A program made the translations under genes and the position numbers. A stretch of DNA of 32,000 nucleotides, from the NCBI GenBank assembly GCA_030649345.1, contig JAUSKK010000022.1, positions 10,613-42,612 of the forward strand, read 5' to 3'. Position 1 is the first letter of the stretch, and each line of letters starts with the position of its first letter. Shown one piece after another: positions 8,762 through 16,632 of the stretch. The DNA comes from Candidatus Iainarchaeum sp. (GTDB taxonomy: Archaea; Iainarchaeota; Iainarchaeia; Iainarchaeales; 0-14-0-20-34-12). The notes under the pieces were generated by a model. The model saw only the letters and a list, made by a program, of their open reading frames with translations, was not told the origin of the DNA and ran no database searches.

Positions 8762-9916
8762 ATGACCGAAGAAAAAAAGACAGTAAAACTATTTTCCATA
8801 GCTGCTTTTTTGAATGATTTAGGCCATTATATGATTACGCCTATTTGGCCAATGTTTATTACAACCATTATTGGAGCACCGGTTAGTTTTCTAGGAATCA
8901 TTGAAGGTTTAGGAGAAGCTATGGCTGCATTGATTAAATATCCTGCAGGAATATGGGCTGACAAAACCAAAAAAAAGCCATTGATTGCATTAGGTTATTT
9001 ACTGCCAGCCGTGGCTAGAATTGGGTATGCTTTTAGTTCAACTATAGCCTGGATTTTGCCATTGCATAGCTTGGATCGAATAGGAAAAGGAATTCGTGAA
9101 CCAGCAAGAGATGGATATTTAACGCAAACAATTCCCAAAGAAAAACGAGGAGAAAGTTTTGGAATACTAAAAGCATTTGATCGAGCTGGAGCTGCAATGG
9201 GACCATTGATTGCATTTGCTTTATTTGGACTAATAGGATACCAGAACTTAATTTTGCTAGCCGTAATTCCCAGTGCATTGGCAGTACTTTTGATTATTTT
9301 ATTTGTAAAAGAAACCAAAAAAGATGAGCTTATTAAAAAAGAAAAATTTGAATTCAACAAAATGTCACCCAATTTTAAAAACGCAATTTTTATTTCAGGA
9401 ATTTTTGGATTAAGCTGGTTTTCAATTTCATTTATGATTTTATATTCAACTCAAATTCTAAACTATTCTATAACCAGTATTGCAATTGCTGTATTTTTGC
9501 ATACAGTAGTTTCATCGTTTGCTTCATTCAAGGGAGGAAAACTTTCAGATAAACTGGGGAGAAAAAAAGTATTAATTTTTTCCATGGCTTTGTTTTCCAT
9601 TATGTGTTTTGGATTTATTTTATCCAGCTGGAATAATGTTCCTTTTTTAGTATTTGGTTTATTTGCCATTTATGGCTTGCATTATGGAATGCTGATTCCT
9701 TTACAAAATGCATTGATTGGAGACTTAAGTACATCCAAAGTAGCTTCCAGTGCTCAAGGAGCCTATCAATTTATTTTTGGAATTAGTGCAATGCTGGCCA
9801 GCATTATGGCAGGACTAATTTGGGAATATTACGCACCCACAGGAATCTTTTATTATGGATTCATTGTTTCCGTAATTGCAATCATTTTATTCTCGATTCG
9901 AGTCAAAGAAAACTAG
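8762..9916 (+). CDS. MFS transporter
   Basis: About 12 predicted hydrophobic helices. The MFS loop motif reads LDRIGKGIREPARDG. The ATG at 8762 is preferred over the TTG at 8729. A TTTAAAAA element (8732-8739) lies 26 nt upstream. Confidence 0.75.
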   Translation: MTEEKKTVKLFSIAAFLNDLGHYMITPIWPMFITTIIGAPVSFLGIIEGLGEAMAALIKYPAGIWADKTKKKPLIALGYLLPAVARIGYAFSSTIAWILPLHSLDRIGKGIREPARDGYLTQTIPKEKRGESFGILKAFDRAGAAMGPLIAFALFGLIGYQNLILLAVIPSALAVLLIILFVKETKKDELIKKEKFEFNKMSPNFKNAIFISGIFGLSWFSISFMILYSTQILNYSITSIAIAVFLHTVVSSFASFKGGKLSDKLGRKKVLIFSMALFSIMCFGFILSSWNNVPFLVFGLFAIYGLHYGMLIPLQNALIGDLSTSKVASSAQGAYQFIFGISAMLASIMAGLIWEYYAPTGIFYYGFIVSVIAIILFSIRVKEN

Positions 9917-9977
9917 TTCAAGAATGTAACTGAATCTTTTTAAACATTTCATTTCTAATATTTCCAAGTGATTTGAA

Positions 9978-11096
9978 TTGACAATTGAATTTGATGGATT
10001 TGGACCGGAACGAGTTATCGAAGTCTATAATCCCAAAGTCGGAATGCATGGATTTTTAGTAATTGACAATACTGCTTTAGGGCCTGGAAAAGGCGGAATT
10101 CGAATGACTCCAGGAGTCACGAAAACAGAAGTATACAAATTAGCCAGAACCATGACTTGGAAGAATGCCATGGCCGAAATTCCTTTTGGCGGAGCTAAAG
10201 GCGGAATTATTGCAGACCCTAGACAAATGAGTGTAGAAAAAAAATACGAAATCATCAAAGCATACGCTCAAGCAGTAAAGCCATTTATTCCCAAAGATTA
10301 TGTAGCTGGACCGGATATTAATACTACAGAAAAAGAAATGGAAATATTTGCCAAAACTGTTGGAACCAATAAAGCATGTACTGGAAAACCTAAAAGCATG
10401 GGCGGCCTGCCTCATGAATTGGGAAGCACTGGATTTGGAGTAGTGGAAGCAACTGAAGTTGCAGCAGAGTTTACTGGATTAAACTTGAAAGATGCTACAG
10501 TAGCCATTGAAGGATTTGGAAATGTAGGAACATTTGCTGGAAAATTTTTAACCGAAAAAGGAGCCAAACTAGTTGGAGTTTCAGACATTCAAGGATTGGT
10601 TACAGATTTCCAAAATGGATTGGACTACGAAAAATTAATGCAAGCAGTACAACACGAAGGAAGTGTAGTCAAATACAAAAACGGAAAAATTTTGCCCAAC
10701 CACGATATTGTTGGATTGGATGTAGATATTTTAATTACTGCAGCAATTCCTGATTTAATTAAAATCAATGAAGTAGATCAAGTGAAAGCAAAATTGATTG
10801 TGGAAGGAAGTAATATTCCTATGACGCATGAAGTTGAAAAAGAATTATTCGAAAAAGGAGTAATCCTTGTTCCAGACTTTATTGCCAATGCCGGCGGAGT
10901 AATTTCAAGTTACGTAGAATTTATTGAAGGAACCGAAAAACAAATGTTTGAAATGGTTAAAGAACGAATTCAAAGAAACACAAAACTAACCATGAATGAA
11001 TCGAAAAAAGAAGGAATAGATCCAAGAACAGTTGCAGTAAAAATTGCACGAAAACGAGTTCTAGAAAAATGTGCCAACTGCAAAGTCACTGAATAA
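9978..11096 (+). CDS. Glu/Leu/Phe/Val dehydrogenase family protein, short glutamate-dehydrogenase-like form
   Basis: 372 aa. Carries GPGKGGIRM and the catalytic-Lys motif FGGAKGGI, plus a Rossmann motif GFGNVG. The only in-frame start ahead of the conserved region is TTG at 9978. Substrate cannot be assigned from sequence alone. Confidence 0.85.
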   Translation: MTIEFDGFGPERVIEVYNPKVGMHGFLVIDNTALGPGKGGIRMTPGVTKTEVYKLARTMTWKNAMAEIPFGGAKGGIIADPRQMSVEKKYEIIKAYAQAVKPFIPKDYVAGPDINTTEKEMEIFAKTVGTNKACTGKPKSMGGLPHELGSTGFGVVEATEVAAEFTGLNLKDATVAIEGFGNVGTFAGKFLTEKGAKLVGVSDIQGLVTDFQNGLDYEKLMQAVQHEGSVVKYKNGKILPNHDIVGLDVDILITAAIPDLIKINEVDQVKAKLIVEGSNIPMTHEVEKELFEKGVILVPDFIANAGGVISSYVEFIEGTEKQMFEMVKERIQRNTKLTMNESKKEGIDPRTVAVKIARKRVLEKCANCKVTE

Positions 11097-11100
11097 AAAA

Positions 11101-11568
11101 TTACATTTGCAAATATTTTAATTTAGTTAAAACTTCTTGCACATGATTTTTAGGCTGAACATTTCGAAAAACTTCTTTTACTAAACCATCTGGCCCAATA
11201 ATAAACGTAGTGCGATTAACGCCTAAGAAAAATTTGCCAGCCACATTTTTTTGCCCCCAAACAGAATAGGCTTTGCATACTTTGGATTCAGTGTCTGCCA
11301 ACAAACTAAATTCAATTTTGTGTTCAATTGCAAACTTTTTATGGGAATCAACTGAATCTGGGCTTACACCCAAGACTTCACAGTTCAATGATTTGAATTC
11401 AGAATAAGCTGCAGCAAAATCACAGCCTTCCAAAGTACAGCCTGGAGTAAAGTCTTTGGGATAAAAATAAATAACCAGCCATTGGCCTTTAAAGTCAACC
11501 AAACGCACTTGTTTATTGTGTTGGTTTAAAACAGCCAGCTCCGGTGCATTTTTTCCAATTTCAAGCAT
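11101..11568 (-). CDS. bcp: Thioredoxin-dependent peroxiredoxin (Bcp / PrxQ type)
   Basis: 155 aa. Contains the FYPKDFTPGCT peroxidatic-Cys motif and a second Cys five residues later (CTLEGC). Confidence 0.9.
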   Translation of the reverse strand: MLEIGKNAPELAVLNQHNKQVRLVDFKGQWLVIYFYPKDFTPGCTLEGCDFAAAYSEFKSLNCEVLGVSPDSVDSHKKFAIEHKIEFSLLADTESKVCKAYSVWGQKNVAGKFFLGVNRTTFIIGPDGLVKEVFRNVQPKNHVQEVLTKLKYLQM

Positions 11569-11627
11569 ACACTAATTAGAAAGAAAGAGAATAAAAGAGT
11601 TTTTGCGAAGAATTTTTCCATAAACGC

Positions 11628-11637
11628 TTTTTAAAAG
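11628..11637 (+). promoter_or_regulatory. TATA box for the leaderless SDR gene
   Basis: TTTTTAAAAG is centred about 28 nt upstream of the ATG at 11661. Confidence 0.4.
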
Positions 11638-11660
11638 GGTTTTTACAATTAAAGCATACA

Positions 11661-12374
11661 ATGTATACTGAAAAAGAGATTGATCGCAGAACAGGAATTG
11701 TTACAGGAGCAGCGCAAGGCATTGGAAAAGAGGTTGCTTTTGCTTTAGCCAAAAAAGGAACCAATTTAATATTGGCAGACACGCATACTAAAAAATTAAA
11801 ACAAGCAGTCAAAGAAATACGATTAATCAATGAAAACACTATTGGAATTCGAACCAATGTCAGAATGGAACAAGATGTAAAAAGAACCACGGAGAAGGGT
11901 TTGGAAAAATTTGGAAAAATTGACTTCTTAATCAATTGTGCAGGCATTGCAGTCATGAAAGAATTAAAGGAAACAGGAACCAAAGAATTTGAAAAAGTTT
12001 TAGATACTAACTTGAAAGGAATATTTTTGTTCTGCAAATACGTTGTGCCAGTCATGGAGCAAAATAAATTTGGAGTGATTGTCAACATTGCATCTGGTTT
12101 GGGAAAAAAAGGAATGAAAGGATTCTCAGCATACAGCGCCAGCAAATTTGGAGTGATTGGATTAACGGAAAGCTTAGCGGATGAATTAAAGGATAAAGGA
12201 ATCAAAGTATTGGCTATGTGTCCGGGGGGCGTGAATACAGAAATGTACAAAACAGTTTTCAAAAACTACAATCCAGCCAATTTAATTCGGCCAGAATATA
12301 TTGCACAACAAGTTACGAAAATTTGTTATGAAAGTTATTTAGTAAAAACTGGAAGCAGTTTGGAGTTATACTAA
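11661..12374 (+). CDS. Short-chain dehydrogenase/reductase (classical SDR)
   Basis: 237 aa. Has the TGAAQGIG cofactor motif, NCAG, and the catalytic YSASK. Confidence 0.85.
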   Translation: MYTEKEIDRRTGIVTGAAQGIGKEVAFALAKKGTNLILADTHTKKLKQAVKEIRLINENTIGIRTNVRMEQDVKRTTEKGLEKFGKIDFLINCAGIAVMKELKETGTKEFEKVLDTNLKGIFLFCKYVVPVMEQNKFGVIVNIASGLGKKGMKGFSAYSASKFGVIGLTESLADELKDKGIKVLAMCPGGVNTEMYKTVFKNYNPANLIRPEYIAQQVTKICYESYLVKTGSSLELY

Positions 12375-12385
12375 CGAGGTAAATT

Positions 12386-12721
12386 ATGGAAATGAACTTA
12401 AGTCAAAAAAACTGTGTACCCTGCAAAGGCGGAGTATCTGGAATTCGTAAAACGCAAGCTATGGAATTTTTAGCACAGCTGCCTAAATGGCAATTAAAAG
12501 AAGATGGGAAAGAAATTTTCAAAGAATGGAAATTCAAAAACTTTAAAGAAACCATAGTATTTGTAAACAAAGTAGGAGAAATAGCAGAAAACGAAGGACA
12601 TCATCCGAATATCCATATCACAGACTGGAATAAACTAAGACTGGAATTCAGCACACAAGCCATTCATGCATTAACTGAAAACGATTTCATCATGGCTGCT
12701 AAAATAAATGAATTGGAATAA
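12386..12721 (+). CDS. Pterin-4-alpha-carbinolamine dehydratase
   Basis: 111 aa. Contains the EGHHPNI active-site motif and W-KL-LEFSTH-like context. A GAGGT Shine-Dalgarno lies upstream. Confidence 0.85.
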   Translation: MEMNLSQKNCVPCKGGVSGIRKTQAMEFLAQLPKWQLKEDGKEIFKEWKFKNFKETIVFVNKVGEIAENEGHHPNIHITDWNKLRLEFSTQAIHALTENDFIMAAKINELE

Positions 12722-12759
12722 AAAAAGTAAAAAATTGAAAATTTATAAAAAGTGAAAAT

Positions 12760-13302
12760 ATGAAAGTAATTATAGTGCACGGATGGCATGGATGGATTTC
12801 GGGTCATTGGGTTGAATGGCTGAGAGATCAGTTAAAAGACAAAAAAATCGAAGTATATTTGCCTTTATTGCCCAATCCTGCTTTAGAAAAAGAATGGCTG
12901 TCAGAATTAAAAAAAATAACCAATTACGATTCAAATACAATTCTTGTAGGGCATAGTTTGGGTTGTGCAGCGATTTTGAGATTATTGGAAGAATTACCAG
13001 AAACACAAAAAGTTGGAAAAGTTGTTTTTGTAGTTGGCTGGGTTGGAGGAGATCACAGTATTCCAGAACTAAGAGATTTTTACAAAAAATCATTTGATTG
13101 GAAAAAAATACAAAAACAAGCAGAAAAATTTATTGTGATTAATTCAGACAATGATCCTTATTATGAAAAAGAAAAAGGTCGAGAACATATCTCCAAGTAC
13201 TTGAAAAGTGAATTTATTTTAGAACACAATCAAGGACACATTAATGTCCAATCAGGATTTGGCCCGTATCCTAAATTACTGAAAATGGCACTAGAGAAAT
13301 AG
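12760..13302 (+). CDS. Alpha/beta serine hydrolase, YdeN/RBBP9-like
   Basis: 180 aa. IIVHGW at the N-terminus, a GHSLG nucleophile elbow, and SDNDPYY and QGHIN completing a Ser-Asp-His triad pattern. Confidence 0.7.
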   Translation: MKVIIVHGWHGWISGHWVEWLRDQLKDKKIEVYLPLLPNPALEKEWLSELKKITNYDSNTILVGHSLGCAAILRLLEELPETQKVGKVVFVVGWVGGDHSIPELRDFYKKSFDWKKIQKQAEKFIVINSDNDPYYEKEKGREHISKYLKSEFILEHNQGHINVQSGFGPYPKLLKMALEK

Positions 13303-13339
13303 GTTTAAATAAAGTTCAATCACTAGTTAATAGATTAAT

Positions 13340-13495
13340 ATGAATAAAACTGAATTAATAACAATCCCAAGAGAAGAGTATGATACAATGGTTGAAGCAT
13401 TGGAAATTATGCACGATAAAAAACTATTAAAAGAACTTCAAGAACGAGAAACACAAATTCTAAGCGGAAAATTTCAAAATTTAAAAGATCTCTGA
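13340..13495 (+). CDS. Small type II antitoxin partner of the RelE/ParE toxin
   Basis: 51-aa ORF absent from the track: MNKTELITIPREEYDTMVEALEIMHDKKLLKELQERETQILSGKFQNLKDL. The EEY..MVE.LEI pattern is typical of short RelB/YefM-like antitoxins. It ends 4 nt before the toxin ATG. A TTTAAATA box (13305-13312) lies about 31 nt upstream. Confidence 0.5.
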   Translation: MNKTELITIPREEYDTMVEALEIMHDKKLLKELQERETQILSGKFQNLKDL

Positions 13496-13499
13496 TTTT

Positions 13500-13751
13500 A
13501 TGTATCAAGTTGTCTTTGAAGAAGACTTTAAAAAAGAATTCAAAAAATTAGATAGTCCTATTCAACAACAAATTAAGAAAAAACTATTTGAATTGCAAGA
13601 AAATCCCGGATTAGGAAAACATTTGATTGGTTTGCCTTACTGGAGTTTAAGAGTTGGAAAATATCGAATTATTTACAAAATAAATGAAGAAACAAAACAG
13701 GTATTTTTATTAAAAGTAAACGACCGTGGTCATATCTATAAAGAATTGTGA
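13500..13751 (+). CDS. relE: RelE/ParE-family type II toxin (mRNA interferase)
   Basis: 83 aa. Reads FKKEFKKLDSPIQQQIKKKL.ELQENP..GK.L......WSLRVGKYRIIYKINEETKQVFLLKVNDRGHIY, the canonical RelE/StbE layout. Confidence 0.75.
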   Translation: MYQVVFEEDFKKEFKKLDSPIQQQIKKKLFELQENPGLGKHLIGLPYWSLRVGKYRIIYKINEETKQVFLLKVNDRGHIYKEL

Positions 13752-13753
13752 AA

Positions 13754-14164
13754 CTAAATCTTCAAACCAGTAACAATTTTAGTTTGAGTTGGATTCTCCA
13801 ACCATTGCTTTAAGCCTTTTTGAACTACAGTTAAACCCAGCAAAGCACATTTAATTCGCAAAGGCATAATGGTTCCAGTGACTTCAAAAATATCAGTAGA
13901 AGACATGTCCAAAACATCAGAAACTTGTTTGCCTTTAATTAGTTCAGTTAAAACACTGGCACACGCAGTGCTAATGGCACAGCCTTCGGGTTCAAAAGAA
14001 ATTTCTTGAATGATGTTATTGGAAATATTTAAATAAAAAGAAATTTTATCTCCACAAACAGGATTGCCGCCTTGCAAAAAAAGAGTTGGATTGGAAAGCT
14101 TTCCTTTATTGGACGGATTTTCATACAATTCCAAAATCAAATCAGAATACAATTCATTGGACAT
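13754..14164 (-). CDS. sufU: SufU/IscU-type Fe-S cluster assembly scaffold / sulfur acceptor
   Basis: 136 aa. Has GNPVCGD, EGCAIS and C-terminal Cys ligands in the NifU-N-like arrangement. It is the last gene of the suf operon. Confidence 0.85.
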   Translation of the reverse strand: MSNELYSDLILELYENPSNKGKLSNPTLFLQGGNPVCGDKISFYLNISNNIIQEISFEPEGCAISTACASVLTELIKGKQVSDVLDMSSTDIFEVTGTIMPLRIKCALLGLTVVQKGLKQWLENPTQTKIVTGLKI

Positions 14165-14168
14165 AAAA

Positions 14169-15395
14169 TCACTTTTTTTTGAACATCTGTATAGTATTTT
14201 TTAAAACAAAAATAAACCTGTCAATTTCTTGTTTTGTATTATAAACATAAAAGCTAGCGCGTGCACTGCCTGAAATTTTTAGTTCACGCATTAAGGGTTG
14301 TGCACAATGATCACCGGAGCGAATGGCAATACCTTCTTGATCCATTAAAGAAGCAATATCATGCGGATGAATTCCTTTCAAGTTAAACGAAATTACTCCA
14401 GTTCTATATTTGGGTTTAGGGCCATACAATTGAATTCCTTCCAAGTCTTGCATTTGATTCCAAGCATATTGGGTTAATTCTTGTTCGTGTTTTTGAACAT
14501 TTTCCATTCCTAACTTGGACAAGTAATCTACTGCAGTACCCAAAGCAATTCCGTCTCCAATATTGGATGTTCCTGCTTCAAACTTCCAAGGAACTTCATT
14601 AAAAGTTACAGAATCAAAAAAAACTTCAGAAATCATGTCACCGCCTAACAAAAAAGGTTCTAAATCATTCAACAAATCTTCTTTGCCATACAATACACCA
14701 ATTCCAGTGGGGGCTAACATTTTATGGCCCGAAAAAGCCAAAAAATCACAATTCAATTTTTGGACATTCACTGGGAAATGCGGAACAGATTGAGCAGCAT
14801 CCACAATGAATAACGAATTGTTGTCATGAACTGTTTTTCCAATTTCTTGAATTGGATTAATGGTTCCCAAAACATTGGATGCATGAGTTAAAGAAACAAT
14901 TTTTGTTTTCGGAGTTAAAAGATTCTGCAAAGAATTTAAATCCAATAACCCGTTAGGAGTAACCTGAATATAGTTTAGTTTGAATCCTAGTTTTTTAGAT
15001 AAATAAAGCCAAGGAACCAAATTGGAATGATGCTCCATTTGAGAAATTAAAACTTCGTCTCCTTTACTCAAATGAGTTCGATACAAAGAATAAGCAAGCA
15101 AGTTTAAGGACTCGGTTGTATTTCGAGTGAATACTATTTCTTTACTGAATTTAGCATGAATAAAGTTACCTACTTTAGCATGAGCTTGTTCATAGGCTTC
15201 TGAAGATTCTTCAGACAAAGTATGCAAGCCGCGGTGAACATTGGCATTATAGTTAGAATAAAAATCAACCAAAGATTGAATGACTTGTTTGGGTTTTTGA
15301 GTGGTAGCAGTGTTATCTAAATAAATCAAAGGTTTTTTGTTAACTTTTCGTTTCAAAATAGGAAAATCTTTTCTAATTTTTTTAACGTTAAACAT
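14169..15395 (-). CDS. sufS: Cysteine desulfurase, SufS type
   Basis: Contains the PLP-Lys motif SGHKMLAPTGIGVLYG and the catalytic loop RSGDHCAQP. The ATG at 15393-15395 is preferred because an AAGGAG Shine-Dalgarno sits 10 nt upstream and it makes an ATGTTTAA overlap with the sufD stop. The track start at 15416 is TTG. Confidence 0.9.
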   Translation of the reverse strand: MFNVKKIRKDFPILKRKVNKKPLIYLDNTATTQKPKQVIQSLVDFYSNYNANVHRGLHTLSEESSEAYEQAHAKVGNFIHAKFSKEIVFTRNTTESLNLLAYSLYRTHLSKGDEVLISQMEHHSNLVPWLYLSKKLGFKLNYIQVTPNGLLDLNSLQNLLTPKTKIVSLTHASNVLGTINPIQEIGKTVHDNNSLFIVDAAQSVPHFPVNVQKLNCDFLAFSGHKMLAPTGIGVLYGKEDLLNDLEPFLLGGDMISEVFFDSVTFNEVPWKFEAGTSNIGDGIALGTAVDYLSKLGMENVQKHEQELTQYAWNQMQDLEGIQLYGPKPKYRTGVISFNLKGIHPHDIASLMDQEGIAIRSGDHCAQPLMRELKISGSARASFYVYNTKQEIDRFIFVLKNTIQMFKKK

Positions 15396-16620
15396 TTCTA
15401 GAATACTCCTTTTCAATAATTTCTTTAGCTTTATCTACTAATAAATGTGATGGAATGCGTTCTAAAAATTGTTCAAATACTCCATCCACAATCAATCGTT
15501 CAGCTTCGCTGGCACTAAAGCCTCGGGACATTAAATAAAATATTTGTTTTTCATCCAATTGAGAAACACTGGCAGCATGCTTGGTTAAAACATCGTTATT
15601 GTCAATTTCCAGAGCAGGCAAAGCATTGGCTCTAGCTTGAGAACCTAACAAAACAGCATGACCTGCTAATTCAGAAAAAACTTGCTTGGCTTCTAAGTCA
15701 ACTTTAATCAAACCTTTATAGACCGAAACTGAACGATCGTTCAAAATTCCTTTATTGAATGCATTGGCTGAAGTCTTTGAAGCTTTATGCCAATTATTAT
15801 TCACCAATTCATAGTGTTGTTGGCCATTGATTAAAAAGAAACCAAAATTTTCCAAACTAGAACCTTGGCCGATTAATTCTGTGTCTGTAAATTGTTTGAA
15901 TACTTTAGAGCCAAAATTTCCAGTATGCCAAACCATTTTAGCGTCTTTTTCCACGAAAGCACGTTTGGCGGAAAAACCAAAACTTTCCTTAGACCAATAT
16001 TGAAGAGTTGAAAGACTAACTTGTGCATTAGATTGAATAAAAAATTCAGAAGTATCCGAACACAACGAGTTAGTTTCTGGATTTTCGGAAATGCATTCTT
16101 CCACAATATCCAATTTAGAATTTTCTTCTGCAATCACCAATAAAGAATACAACACCGCGTTTTGATTTTCATTGGAATGAACTTGGAAATGCAAAGGTTC
16201 AGAAAATTGTTTGTTTTTAGGAACAATAATGAACAGCAATTGGTTTACAAAAGCAGAATGAAAAGCAGTAGCTTTATTTTCGTTCGGTTTAACACAAGAA
16301 GTTAAAAAATATTTTTGCAAAACATCTGGATGATTTTTCAATGCTTCCGAAAAAGTTTCAACAATCAATCCTTCCTTTTTTAATTTTTCAGCATTCAAAA
16401 CAGTCAAATTGCTGGAAGAACTTAAAGAATAATTCGAAAAATCAAAGCCTTCGAGTTTAGTGTAATTTTTTTCAATTGGACTATCGGGAAGGTCCAACAA
16501 AGGAAGTTTTTGAAAAGCTTCAAATGCCTGAATTCGTTTTTGAGTTAACCATTCTGGCTCGTTTCGTTTTTTGGAAAAATCTTTGACTTGAGTTAAAGAA
16601 ATTTGCTGCAAGGTTTGCAT
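15388..16620 (-). CDS. sufD: Fe-S cluster assembly protein SufD
   Basis: 410 aa. It sits after sufB and has a C-terminal SufBD-family region (QLDEKQIFYLMSRGFSASEAERLIV). Confidence 0.85.
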   Translation of the reverse strand: MQTLQQISLTQVKDFSKKRNEPEWLTQKRIQAFEAFQKLPLLDLPDSPIEKNYTKLEGFDFSNYSLSSSSNLTVLNAEKLKKEGLIVETFSEALKNHPDVLQKYFLTSCVKPNENKATAFHSAFVNQLLFIIVPKNKQFSEPLHFQVHSNENQNAVLYSLLVIAEENSKLDIVEECISENPETNSLCSDTSEFFIQSNAQVSLSTLQYWSKESFGFSAKRAFVEKDAKMVWHTGNFGSKVFKQFTDTELIGQGSSLENFGFFLINGQQHYELVNNNWHKASKTSANAFNKGILNDRSVSVYKGLIKVDLEAKQVFSELAGHAVLLGSQARANALPALEIDNNDVLTKHAASVSQLDEKQIFYLMSRGFSASEAERLIVDGVFEQFLERIPSHLLVDKAKEIIEKEYSRNV

Positions 16621-16632
16621 AATTATTTATCC

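Noticed and set aside
8704-8799. Longer scpB start (ATG 8799), and the TTG 8729 start for the MFS gene
   Set aside because: The extensions are non-homologous and would make the two divergent genes overlap. The internal ATGs at 8703 and 8762 leave a 58-bp spacer with a central TATA-like box at suitable distances from both.
11576-12262. 228-aa minus-strand ORF
   Set aside because: It is a shadow ORF antisense to the well-supported SDR gene (TGAAQGIG, YSASK) and has a low-complexity, non-homologous sequence.
15396-15416. TTG-initiated 7-codon extension of sufS
   Set aside because: The ATG at 15395 has an AAGGAG Shine-Dalgarno at proper spacing and forms a typical 8-nt overlap with the sufD stop.
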